Positions 28,352 through 36,440 of a stretch of DNA of 36,997 nucleotides are shown here, one piece after another (position 1 is the first letter of the stretch; each line of letters opens with the position of its first letter). Source of the DNA: Spirochaetota bacterium (GTDB lineage Bacteria > Spirochaetota > Leptospiria > Leptospirales > Leptospiraceae). A program made the translations under genes and the position numbers. Below the pieces are notes generated by a model. That model worked only from the letters and a program-made list of their open reading frames with translations. It was not told where the DNA came from and made no database searches. The stretch covers positions 1 to 36,997 of the forward strand of contig JBCCIA010000013.1 in NCBI GenBank assembly GCA_039028475.1, in the 5' to 3' direction.

Positions 28352-28978
28352 ATGATGAGAACAATACTAGGTTTATCAGTTATTTTTTTCACGATAGATG
28401 TCTTTGCAGGGGCACTTCAATTCTATCGTATGCTAAAAATTGGCCAAAAACAAAGTGACATGAGCTACTTTGCAGAAAAGCACCTACGGTACAATGGAAA
28501 ATACGGAGATATGCAACAGTACCTATACGATGCAGACCACGCAATGATCCGCCTATTGTCAAAAAACAAAAAACTCCATACCTATCAAGTTATCCACTAC
28601 TACCCACTAGAAAAAAACTGGGAGGGTTTCTTCTTCGATAAAATGGAAAACTTGCATATGCGCTATGGAACTCCTGATCGGGTAGGTTTTCGCCAAGCCT
28701 TATGGAAAAAGCAGCAAGGAAAACAAAACATCTACGTGCAATTTAGTACTATCAAAGCAAGTGATTTTTTTCCAGTGGAAGCGAAGTCTTCTGGAGTCGT
28801 ATCTATTGTAACAGTTTCTGCAGAGGTACATCCGAGTTATTTTCGTTTGGGGGCTGAAGACTTTTGTAAAACCAAGCAAGAAAAATACGAAAAGTGCTCT
28901 CCAGAAGGAACTGGAGAAATCATTGCACGACGATCTGGTAACACGAGCGACTTAGAATTTCTTACTCATTATAGATAA
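28352..28978 (+). CDS. Secreted hypothetical protein (208 aa).
   Basis: N-terminal signal peptide MMRTILGLSVIFFTIDVFAGA. No family recognised. Confidence 0.45.
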   Translation: MMRTILGLSVIFFTIDVFAGALQFYRMLKIGQKQSDMSYFAEKHLRYNGKYGDMQQYLYDADHAMIRLLSKNKKLHTYQVIHYYPLEKNWEGFFFDKMENLHMRYGTPDRVGFRQALWKKQQGKQNIYVQFSTIKASDFFPVEAKSSGVVSIVTVSAEVHPSYFRLGAEDFCKTKQEKYEKCSPEGTGEIIARRSGNTSDLEFLTHYR

Positions 28979-29046
28979 GTCATTTTTATGGCAATCACCA
29001 TTAGAATCCCAGATCAAATAAACAAAGAAGCCATCTGGGTTTGTTG

Positions 29047-29946
29047 CTAGGGCAAAGGAATAAACTCTGTTTCGTTGATTACTTTGGCAAAGCGTTGATG
29101 TTTCCAATCCTCTTTGGCCTTCTCGATACGCTGTAAATCATGCGAAACAAAATTCCACCACATGTGTTTTGGTTGAGAAAAAGGTTCTCCTCCCAATAGC
29201 ATAAACTCTAGGTCTTCCGTTGCCTGAAAGTTGACCTCCCCTCCCTGGGAAAAACATGCCATTTGAAATTGTTGTAGTTGCTGCCCTTCTACTTCCACCT
29301 TACCTCTTACAATATAAATCGCACCCTCTTGGTTTTCAGGAAGCCTATGGGAAAAACTCTGACCAGCTTTTGCTTGGCCATTCAGGTAAAACAAAGGGGA
29401 ATATACCGGTAAGGGGGACATTTCACCAAAGGCAGAGCCAGCTATTAAGCGTAAATGGATTCCGTCTTTTTCAACGATGGGTAGTTCTGTTTCTTTTTTG
29501 TGGACAAAGCTAGGTTCCACCTCTTCGGCATTTGTTGGTAGGCCAACCCACAACTGGATACCTTCCAAAACTTCTGGTGTAGCCGGTTCAGCTCTTTCGC
29601 TATGAACAATGCCACTACCGGCCGTCATCCAATTGACCTCTCCCGGACGGATCCATTGTTCATTGTTTAGACTATCCCGATGTAAAATCGCCCCGCTAAA
29701 GAGATAGGTGATCGTCGCAAGCCCAATATGCGGATGAGCACGCACCAGCATAGGCTTGTCCTCGCTGAGAGTCACTGGCCCCATATGGTCCCAAAACACA
29801 AAAGGCCCTACGGCACGCTTTTTGGCAAATGGCAGTACACGTCGAACGATAAAGCTATCTCCAAGGTTTTTCTCTTTTGGATTTAATACTATTTCAATGT
29901 TGCTGGCGATGACAATCTCCTCTACTGAATAAACATTTTTTGCCAA
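29047..29946 (-). CDS. Pirin-family protein (bicupin).
   Basis: VLPFAKKRAVGPFVFWDHMGP...HPHIGLATITYLFSGAILHRDSLNNEQWIRPGEVNWMTAGSGIVHSE is a classic pirin N-terminal cupin with the metal-binding His residues. Confidence 0.9.
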   Translation of the reverse strand: MAKNVYSVEEIVIASNIEIVLNPKEKNLGDSFIVRRVLPFAKKRAVGPFVFWDHMGPVTLSEDKPMLVRAHPHIGLATITYLFSGAILHRDSLNNEQWIRPGEVNWMTAGSGIVHSERAEPATPEVLEGIQLWVGLPTNAEEVEPSFVHKKETELPIVEKDGIHLRLIAGSAFGEMSPLPVYSPLFYLNGQAKAGQSFSHRLPENQEGAIYIVRGKVEVEGQQLQQFQMACFSQGGEVNFQATEDLEFMLLGGEPFSQPKHMWWNFVSHDLQRIEKAKEDWKHQRFAKVINETEFIPLP

Positions 29947-30062
29947 TATTTCTGGATAGAGCGAAAATGAATAATAGATTTTTTCTAAGGTCTAATGGAT
30001 ATTTCTCCATATATCCTGATAGGATAGACTTTTTCAACCTGTTTATTAAAATCTTTATTGCC

Positions 30063-31853
30063 ATGTATAACAAGAACAGTTATTCTAAAATGATGTCTTA
30101 TCTAAAAAAATTGCCCTCTCTAACTACTATATTCTCTGAAGCACAAGACAGTTTCTTACGTTTTCCATTCGTCCTTCTGACTAGTTTTTTGGGAACTAGC
30201 ATAATGATATATGTAGTAGGACATAAAAATGCAGATAAAGAGATTACAAAACTTACCCTACCTTGTGCAATGGGATTGGTTTCATTCCTCTCGATTCGTC
30301 TCTGGGCAGAAAGAAAACAGGTATCCAAATCATTTCTCTATGCATTGAGGGTATTGGTCCTTTTCACATTATGCCTTTATTATTTTTTCTTACCAAAGGA
30401 TTGGAATATAACGACTACAATCTTTTTTTTATTGATCAATTTCGCTCTACACCTCTCAGTTGCGTTTGCTGCCTATATTGGTAGTGAGCAAGCAATCGGC
30501 TTCTGGCAATTTAATAAAGAAATTTTTATTCGAATCTTGGCATCAATGCTCTACTCAGGCGTACTTTTCTTAGGTATCATTATAGCTTTCTTTGCCATTG
30601 ATTTTCTATTTGATTTTAAGATTAAAGATACTCGGTATTTCCAGCTTTTCTTATTTCTGGCGGGGGTTTTTAACACATGGTTTTTTGTATCTGGCATTCC
30701 AAAGGACTTCGAATTATTGAACCAGCAACAAGAATACCCGAAAGGATTAAAAGTTTTTACCCAGTACATTCTCTTACCACTAGTTGCAATGTATCTATTG
30801 ATCCTCTATGCCTATGGTATTAAGATCTTATGGCAACAGTCTTGGCCAAGGGGAGGTGTTGTTTACCTGATTACCTTTCTGTCTATTCCAGGGATACTTT
30901 GTCATCTATTATTGCATCCACTTCGTTTTAGAGAAGGTTTTCGTTGGGTGAACCGAGTCATTCAATTCTTTTATCTTTTGCTTATTCCGATCTTATTGCT
31001 GCTTTTGCTTTCTATCAGCAAACGGATTAGTGAGTATGGTTTTACAGAAAAACGCTATATTATCCTTGCAGGTAGCTTATGGCTTATGGGGCTAAGTTTT
31101 TTCCAGATATGGAACAAGAGTAAAAGCATTAAAATCATTCCTATGTCCCTATGTCTAATTCTAATCTGTATTTCTTTCGGTCCTTGGGGCGTTTTCTATG
31201 TTTCCCAAAAAAGTCAGTTGCAACAGCTCAAGCAGATTTTGCTAAACAACAAACTTCTCCAAAATGACAAGTTGGTGCAAAATCTTTCCATAACACCTCA
31301 GATCAAAAAAAATATCAATTCAAAGTTAAGATATTTAGAAAAACGAAATGCTTTGGAACAATTGCGTAACTGGTTGCCAAACCCTGTTTCAGAGTCAAAA
31401 ATACTTGTTGCCAATGATTTTCGCCAAGTACTTGGGTTGGAAAAAACCTTTCATGACGCAAGTCTCTTTTACTATGAAGCTGCAGATCAAAAAGGTGTTC
31501 CAGTCGCAGGGTACAATTATCTTTATTTTCTTCATACCAATTATTCCAAATCCAATTCATTGGATCTAGCCTACAACCTTTCTCTTTCCTGGGACTTGAA
31601 AAAATCCAACGAACTCGTTGTCAAAGAAAGGAGCCGGGTACGTATTGTTTTAAACCTCACAGATGTAGTTAAAAAATTGTCTCAAAAAGGAATTCAGAAT
31701 GATAATTATATTCTTAGAGAGGAGATGGTACTAGTGGGAAAAGACTCTAAGTTTAAATTTAAAGTATTATTAACAACAATTTCGGGATATAATAATAAAA
31801 AAGAATATAAAATTAATAACTTCTCGGGTAAATTACTAATTGGAAAAAATTAG
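30063..31853 (+). CDS. Polytopic membrane protein with a C-terminal soluble domain (family uncertain, possibly DUF4153-like). Start placed at MYNKNSYSK; the listed ORF begins at 29940.
   Basis: At least 10 hydrophobic spans over ~400 aa, followed by a ~200-aa hydrophilic tail. The 5' extension 29940-30062 overlaps the pirin gene start. Confidence 0.45.
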   Translation: MYNKNSYSKMMSYLKKLPSLTTIFSEAQDSFLRFPFVLLTSFLGTSIMIYVVGHKNADKEITKLTLPCAMGLVSFLSIRLWAERKQVSKSFLYALRVLVLFTLCLYYFFLPKDWNITTTIFFLLINFALHLSVAFAAYIGSEQAIGFWQFNKEIFIRILASMLYSGVLFLGIIIAFFAIDFLFDFKIKDTRYFQLFLFLAGVFNTWFFVSGIPKDFELLNQQQEYPKGLKVFTQYILLPLVAMYLLILYAYGIKILWQQSWPRGGVVYLITFLSIPGILCHLLLHPLRFREGFRWVNRVIQFFYLLLIPILLLLLLSISKRISEYGFTEKRYIILAGSLWLMGLSFFQIWNKSKSIKIIPMSLCLILICISFGPWGVFYVSQKSQLQQLKQILLNNKLLQNDKLVQNLSITPQIKKNINSKLRYLEKRNALEQLRNWLPNPVSESKILVANDFRQVLGLEKTFHDASLFYYEAADQKGVPVAGYNYLYFLHTNYSKSNSLDLAYNLSLSWDLKKSNELVVKERSRVRIVLNLTDVVKKLSQKGIQNDNYILREEMVLVGKDSKFKFKVLLTTISGYNNKKEYKINNFSGKLLIGKN

Positions 31854-31903
31854 CTATCCATAAATAACCATTAGACGGATTTGATTTTCCCCATTTTTTA
31901 TAG

Positions 31904-32188
31904 CTAATTGGTATACATGAATTGTTTCCTATACTCCGTAGGGCTAATCCCAACTTTCTTCTTAAAAAGCCTGGAGAAGTAGTGTGAGTAATCAAAGCCG
32001 AGATTTAAGGCAATTTTTTCTACCGTCAAGTTGTCTTGCAGCAATAAATTCTTAGCCTCATTGATTAAAAACAGATGTATATATTGCAAAGCTGATTTTC
32101 CTGTTTCTGTTTTGAGCGAATCACTTAAGTACCTTGGAGAAAACTCAAGTTTATCTGCAATGTATTCGATAGATGCTGTAAATATACA
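31904..32188 (-). pseudogene. Remnant of an AraC-family transcriptional regulator. Only the C-terminal double-HTH DNA-binding domain remains, with no N-terminal domain and no ATG.
   Basis: Minus-strand frame from the stop at 32189-32191 reads CIFTASIEYIADKLEFSPRYLSDSLKTETGKSALQYIHLFLINEAKNLLLQDNLTVEKIALNLGFDYSHYFSRLFKKKVGISPTEYRKQF. This is the two canonical AraC HTHs. The listed 61-aa ORF is its 3' part, starting at an internal TTG. Confidence 0.6.
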
Positions 32189-32270
32189 TTAGCAAAGTAA
32201 AATGGTCGATACACAGAATTACGCAAGTATAACACATTTTTACAGCAATGGCAATGGCTTTGGCATTTCT

Positions 32271-33806
32271 CTATTCTTTGACCTCTTCTTGCAAATAAGC
32301 AGAGATATTCCTATTTGCAAACTCAACACCCACAAGATAGATCTGCTTACCGCTTCCTAGATATTTCTCATAATATTTTTTTTCTTTGATCTGCTGCAAG
32401 GCTTCTTCTTTGCTACCGTTGATTTTGAATTCAAAAATATAGATGTGTTTGTCAACGATAACCGCATCGATTCTACCAAGATTGGTTTTCACTTCCGCTT
32501 GGATTCTCATCCCGATTAGAGTGAATAGCAAATAAAATATGGTTTGGTAGTATTTTTCATGTGCTAGGTGTAAATCATAGTCAATGTTTAGAAAAACCTT
32601 ACGTATATGTTCCATGCAACTTTCTATATCTCCATCGTTTAAAGAATCAATAATATCAAATAGAATAGAGTCTGAGTATTCTCGTTTGTAGAGTTTTTTC
32701 GTGAGATAGGTCAGAAATGCCATTTTCACTTCATAATTGGGATAGTCCAATTCGTAGAGCATTCGTTCATGATTGTAAGCTTTGATGGTCAAATATCCAG
32801 TTTGTTGCAACAGAGCGATGAGACTAAGATCTTCTACCTCATAAGAAGAAAACGATAACTCACTCACCTTTAGAGGGATATCCATTACATCATATTGTTT
32901 TTGCAGCAATAGATTTACTAAAAAACTTGGAGTTCCTGTTTCAAACCAATGGTGTTGGAACTTTTGCGAATCAAAAAGCAATAGTGTAGAGAATGGGTTA
33001 TAAACCATTGTTCCATCTGAAGAAAAACGATAGCCGTTGTACCAATGACGGATTTTAGCAATGATTGTATCACCAAATAGCTTTTCTTTTGTTTGTAGCT
33101 TTTGGATGTAATCAGCAAATGAGTCGATCAGTTCTTCTTCGGTAATTCCCAGCAAAGAAGAATATTCGTCTCGAAGGGTAATGTCTGCAAGATGGTTCAG
33201 GTTGCTAAACACCCCGGCTTTTGAAAATTTACTCACTCCGGTGAGAAGCAAAAAGCGAATATGCTCATCATTGCCCTTTAAAACAGTAAAGAACCCCTTC
33301 ATCACCTCTCGCATCTCAATCGCCAACTCTGTATTGCCAAGATGATCGATGATAGGTTTGTCATATTCATCGATGAGGATTGCAACTTGTTCTGCTTCAC
33401 TCAGTTTCAGGATAAGTTCTTGGAATTTAGAGTAATAGTCTGTTTCTTTTAATTCGACATTGTAGTTTTCAGCAATTATATCAATTTCTTTTGCAAGAAA
33501 TCGTACCAAAGCCTCTGGAGTTTTTGCCTTTTGTTTACTAAAATCAAGACGAATGACTGGGTGCTGTTTCCAAGCAAACTCAGCATTGTATACCCATAGA
33601 CCCTTAAATAGCTCTTTATTGCCCCGAAATAGCTCCTCTAAAGTGGATATCAGTAAGCTCTTTCCAAATCGACGTGGACGAGATAGGAAATAGGCTCCTT
33701 TGGGGTATTTGATCAGGTCATAGATATTTTGAGTTTTATCTACATAGAGGTAATTGCCTTCTATCATCTGTCGAAATGTTTGGATGCCTATCGATAGTGG
33801 TTGCAT
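32271..33806 (-). CDS. Predicted AAA-ATPase (PF09820-like) fused to a C-terminal PD-(D/E)XK nuclease-like domain (PF08011-like).
   Basis: 511 aa. N-terminal ...YVDKTQNIYDLIKYPKGAYFLSRPRRFGKSLLISTLEELF is the hallmark opening of the predicted AAA-ATPase family. The C-terminal ...GRIDAVIVDKHIYIFEFK... is PD-(D/E)XK-like. Confidence 0.65.
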   Translation of the reverse strand: MQPLSIGIQTFRQMIEGNYLYVDKTQNIYDLIKYPKGAYFLSRPRRFGKSLLISTLEELFRGNKELFKGLWVYNAEFAWKQHPVIRLDFSKQKAKTPEALVRFLAKEIDIIAENYNVELKETDYYSKFQELILKLSEAEQVAILIDEYDKPIIDHLGNTELAIEMREVMKGFFTVLKGNDEHIRFLLLTGVSKFSKAGVFSNLNHLADITLRDEYSSLLGITEEELIDSFADYIQKLQTKEKLFGDTIIAKIRHWYNGYRFSSDGTMVYNPFSTLLLFDSQKFQHHWFETGTPSFLVNLLLQKQYDVMDIPLKVSELSFSSYEVEDLSLIALLQQTGYLTIKAYNHERMLYELDYPNYEVKMAFLTYLTKKLYKREYSDSILFDIIDSLNDGDIESCMEHIRKVFLNIDYDLHLAHEKYYQTIFYLLFTLIGMRIQAEVKTNLGRIDAVIVDKHIYIFEFKINGSKEEALQQIKEKKYYEKYLGSGKQIYLVGVEFANRNISAYLQEEVKE

Positions 33807-33878
33807 GTTGGGGTTAGCCTGGCGAATTCTTACAGTTCTGTCAAGTTCAAAGCCCCCAATATTCCCGTTTTCATTTCT

Positions 33879-33909
33879 TTGCCTGCAATAAAAAATACTT
33901 GACTATAAT
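33879..33909 (+). promoter_or_regulatory. Putative tetR promoter: TTGCCT, 19-nt spacer, TATAAT (consensus -10 at 33904-33909).
   Basis: Perfect TATAAT. A TCGTTTAT half-site identical to the arm of the downstream palindrome lies at 33917-33924. Confidence 0.3.
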
Positions 33910-33933
33910 CGAATGGTCGTTTATTTTAGAAAT

Positions 33934-34509
33934 ATGAGGGTGAAGGACGATAAAAAGCATATCGCAATCTGTGAAGCAGCCATCAAATTGATCTATACAA
34001 ATGGTTTTGCCGATACCTCTATGTCAAAGATCGCAAAAGAAGCAAATGTATCTTCTTCGACGATTTATGTATACTTTGACAACAAAGAGGATATGCTCAA
34101 TAAGGTCTTCATCTATGCAAAAGGCAAGCTATACAAAGTTTTGATTTCTGGCATTGATTTTCACGCTCCAACCAAGGGTATATTTAAAGCAATGTTCTAT
34201 AACTATTATGAGCTTACTCTAAAGGACCCCATTCTTTATTCATTTTGTGAACAATTTGTCAACTCTCCCTTAATTAAAAAAATCAGTCAGAATGATTTGG
34301 ATGACATCACTGCTGAGTTAAACCAGGTAATAGAAAAGGGTACTAAGGAGAAAATTCTGATTAAAGAAAAACCCCATTTAATCTCTATTCTATTCTTCTC
34401 ACCGCTAGTTGTATACTTTAAGCAAATGGTAGAATACAACCAAAAAGTGAATAAAGCAGATGTGGATAGATTGTATGAACTATCATGGAGATCTATTTCA
34501 AGAGTATAG
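33934..34509 (+). CDS. TetR/AcrR-family transcriptional regulator. Start placed at MRVKDDKKH; the listed ORF starts at 33913.
   Basis: N-terminal HTH IAICEAAIKLIYTNGFADTSMSKIAKEANVSSSTIYVYFDNKEDML, typical of the TetR family. About 190 aa. Confidence 0.8.
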   Translation: MRVKDDKKHIAICEAAIKLIYTNGFADTSMSKIAKEANVSSSTIYVYFDNKEDMLNKVFIYAKGKLYKVLISGIDFHAPTKGIFKAMFYNYYELTLKDPILYSFCEQFVNSPLIKKISQNDLDDITAELNQVIEKGTKEKILIKEKPHLISILFFSPLVVYFKQMVEYNQKVNKADVDRLYELSWRSISRV

Positions 34510-34536
34510 AGATAAGTATATTTTTTTGCAATATAA

Positions 34537-34556
34537 ATAAACGATTGTTCGTTTAT
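34537..34556. promoter_or_regulatory. Inverted repeat ATAAACGA-ttgt-TCGTTTAT between tetR and the SDR gene. Candidate TetR operator.
   Basis: Perfect 8-bp arms separated by 4 nt, about 50 nt upstream of the SDR start codon. One arm recurs near the tetR promoter. Confidence 0.35.
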
Positions 34557-34607
34557 AAAAGAAAATGATAAAAACTAAAATTATTTGGCAGACAAGGAGT
34601 TAGAACA

Positions 34608-35561
34608 ATGACTATACAAAATACATTTGGAGCAAAAGGCTGGACACCGGAACGCATTGGCTCCCTCAACGGAAAAACATATCTCATCACTGGTGCTAAC
34701 AGTGGTACAGGATTTGAGGCTTCGAAAATACTGTTGTCAAAGGGGGCAAAAGTAGTAATGCTAAACCGTAACCCGAAAAAATCCTCCGAAGCCATCGCCG
34801 CATTGAAAGAAGAGCTTGGTAACAATGCAGACATATCACTTGTACGTATGGATCTTGGGGAACAGGCTTCTGTCCGAAAAGCAGCGAAAGAGATACTTGA
34901 GACTGTTCCCCGTATCGATGCACTTATTTGCAATGGTGCTATCGCTCAGGTGCCTAAGCAGCAGTTCACCGTAGACGGTTTTGAAAGCCAATTAGGTGTA
35001 AACCACTATGGGCATTTCTTACTCCAAGGTCTGCTCTACCCACGAATCGAAGAATCTAAAGGACGTATCGTGGTTGTAGGTAGTATGGGATATAACATGG
35101 GTATAAAAACCATCCAATTTGATGATATGAACTGGGATAAAAACTACCATGCCAATAATGTTTATAGCCAAAGTAAATTGGCACAAATCATGTCTGTCTA
35201 TGAATTGCAAGACAGATTAGAAAAGGCTGGCAAGAACGATGTAAAAATTTATGCCTGCCACCCAGGTGCTTCATCCACATCACTGATCAAAACCAGTGCT
35301 AGTTTTATGATGCGATTTGTATGGTATCTGATGACGTTGTCTCCCTTTGTACAATCCGCAGAAAAAGGTTCTTATCCTGAGTTGCTATGTGCCATAGAAG
35401 AAGATCTGGATCAAAAGGGTTTTTATGGACCTACAGGAAGAGGTTATTGGACTGGTCCGGTTGGTAAATGCGAATTAGAGCCACATGCTTTGGATAAACC
35501 GCTAGCAGAAAAGCTCTGGAGCATTTCTGAAGAGAAAACAGGCTTTACCTGGTCTCTATGA
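34608..35561 (+). CDS. SDR-family oxidoreductase (classical short-chain dehydrogenase, retinol-dehydrogenase-like).
   Basis: TGANSGTGFE Rossmann motif, NGAIA, and the YSQSK catalytic Tyr-x3-Lys. Noticeably higher GC (~45%) than its surroundings. Confidence 0.85.
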   Translation: MTIQNTFGAKGWTPERIGSLNGKTYLITGANSGTGFEASKILLSKGAKVVMLNRNPKKSSEAIAALKEELGNNADISLVRMDLGEQASVRKAAKEILETVPRIDALICNGAIAQVPKQQFTVDGFESQLGVNHYGHFLLQGLLYPRIEESKGRIVVVGSMGYNMGIKTIQFDDMNWDKNYHANNVYSQSKLAQIMSVYELQDRLEKAGKNDVKIYACHPGASSTSLIKTSASFMMRFVWYLMTLSPFVQSAEKGSYPELLCAIEEDLDQKGFYGPTGRGYWTGPVGKCELEPHALDKPLAEKLWSISEEKTGFTWSL

Positions 35562-35577
35562 AAATAAAGAAAATCTA

Positions 35578-36273
35578 ATGAAAAGAATTATTTTAAGTAT
35601 AGGAGTCTTTATGTTAATTTCTACTGTTGCATTGGCTGAAAATAAGAAGTTACATACATTGAAAGATACTGTTGAAGATGTGGAAGGAAACACATACCAT
35701 ACAGTAAAAATTGGCAATCAGGTCTGGCTTGCAGAAAATCTTAGAAGTACTAAGTTTCAAGATGGATCAAAGATCAAAACAGCTTTTATTGCCAATGATG
35801 ACGAAAAAAACCTCTTACAGTACGGTAGGTTATATGACTGGCATGATGTGTCAGATACAAGAAATATTTGCCCTATCGGTTGGAGAGTAGCGTCAGATGA
35901 TGATTGGAAACAATTAGAAAAAACTATCGGTATGTCTGAGGAGGAGTTAGATAAGACAGGGTGGCGAGGTCAGAATGATATTGGGATTACTCTAAAAGAG
36001 AGCCAACCCGATACAATGTTCAAGAAGTTTGAGCAAACAGAAGTCAATAAGTATAATTTTTCTGTCAGACCTGCTGGAATCAAATGGAAATATTGGTATT
36101 TCGTGCAAGGAATGTATGCTGAGTTTTGGACAAGTAGCGGGGCAACAGAAGAGGATGCTTATAATAGAACATTTGCACACTCCTCTTGGAATTGGCATAA
36201 GGGTGAGATATACCGTAGTTCTTTAGCAAAAACTTATATGTTTTCCGTTCGATGTGTAAAGAATGAATTGTAG
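35578..36273 (+). CDS. FISUMP (Fibrobacter succinogenes major paralogous) domain protein, secreted.
   Basis: Signal peptide. TVKIGNQVWLAENL...YGRLYDW...CPIGWRVASDDDW...FSVRPAG...AEFWTSS...FSVRCVKN matches the TIGR02145 domain hallmark motifs almost position for position. Confidence 0.8.
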   Translation: MKRIILSIGVFMLISTVALAENKKLHTLKDTVEDVEGNTYHTVKIGNQVWLAENLRSTKFQDGSKIKTAFIANDDEKNLLQYGRLYDWHDVSDTRNICPIGWRVASDDDWKQLEKTIGMSEEELDKTGWRGQNDIGITLKESQPDTMFKKFEQTEVNKYNFSVRPAGIKWKYWYFVQGMYAEFWTSSGATEEDAYNRTFAHSSWNWHKGEIYRSSLAKTYMFSVRCVKNEL

Positions 36274-36440
36274 TCATCCATAAATTAGATATTAAAAGGA
36301 GGACTCAAAGGATATATTCTGGCCTCTTCACGTATAGGAAGGGCAGAGGAAACCAATCAAAATGCCTTTATGAGTAGACATATTATTCCGAAATTCTTTG
36401 AATAGTAAGATAGCAAACATAGCAAGAGTTAGGAAGAATC

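Noticed and set aside
29940-30062. N-terminal 41 codons of the listed 637-aa ORF (MPIFLDRAKMNNRFF...).
   Set aside because: This stretch overlaps the pirin gene start on the opposite strand and is hydrophilic/low-complexity. The internal ATG at 30063 gives a more plausible start for the membrane protein.
34553-35210. Minus-strand ORFs 34553..34933, 34696..34923 and 35019..35210 antisense to the SDR gene.
   Set aside because: Antisense shadow ORFs in a higher-GC gene. The SDR assignment on the plus strand is strongly supported by Rossmann and YxxxK motifs.
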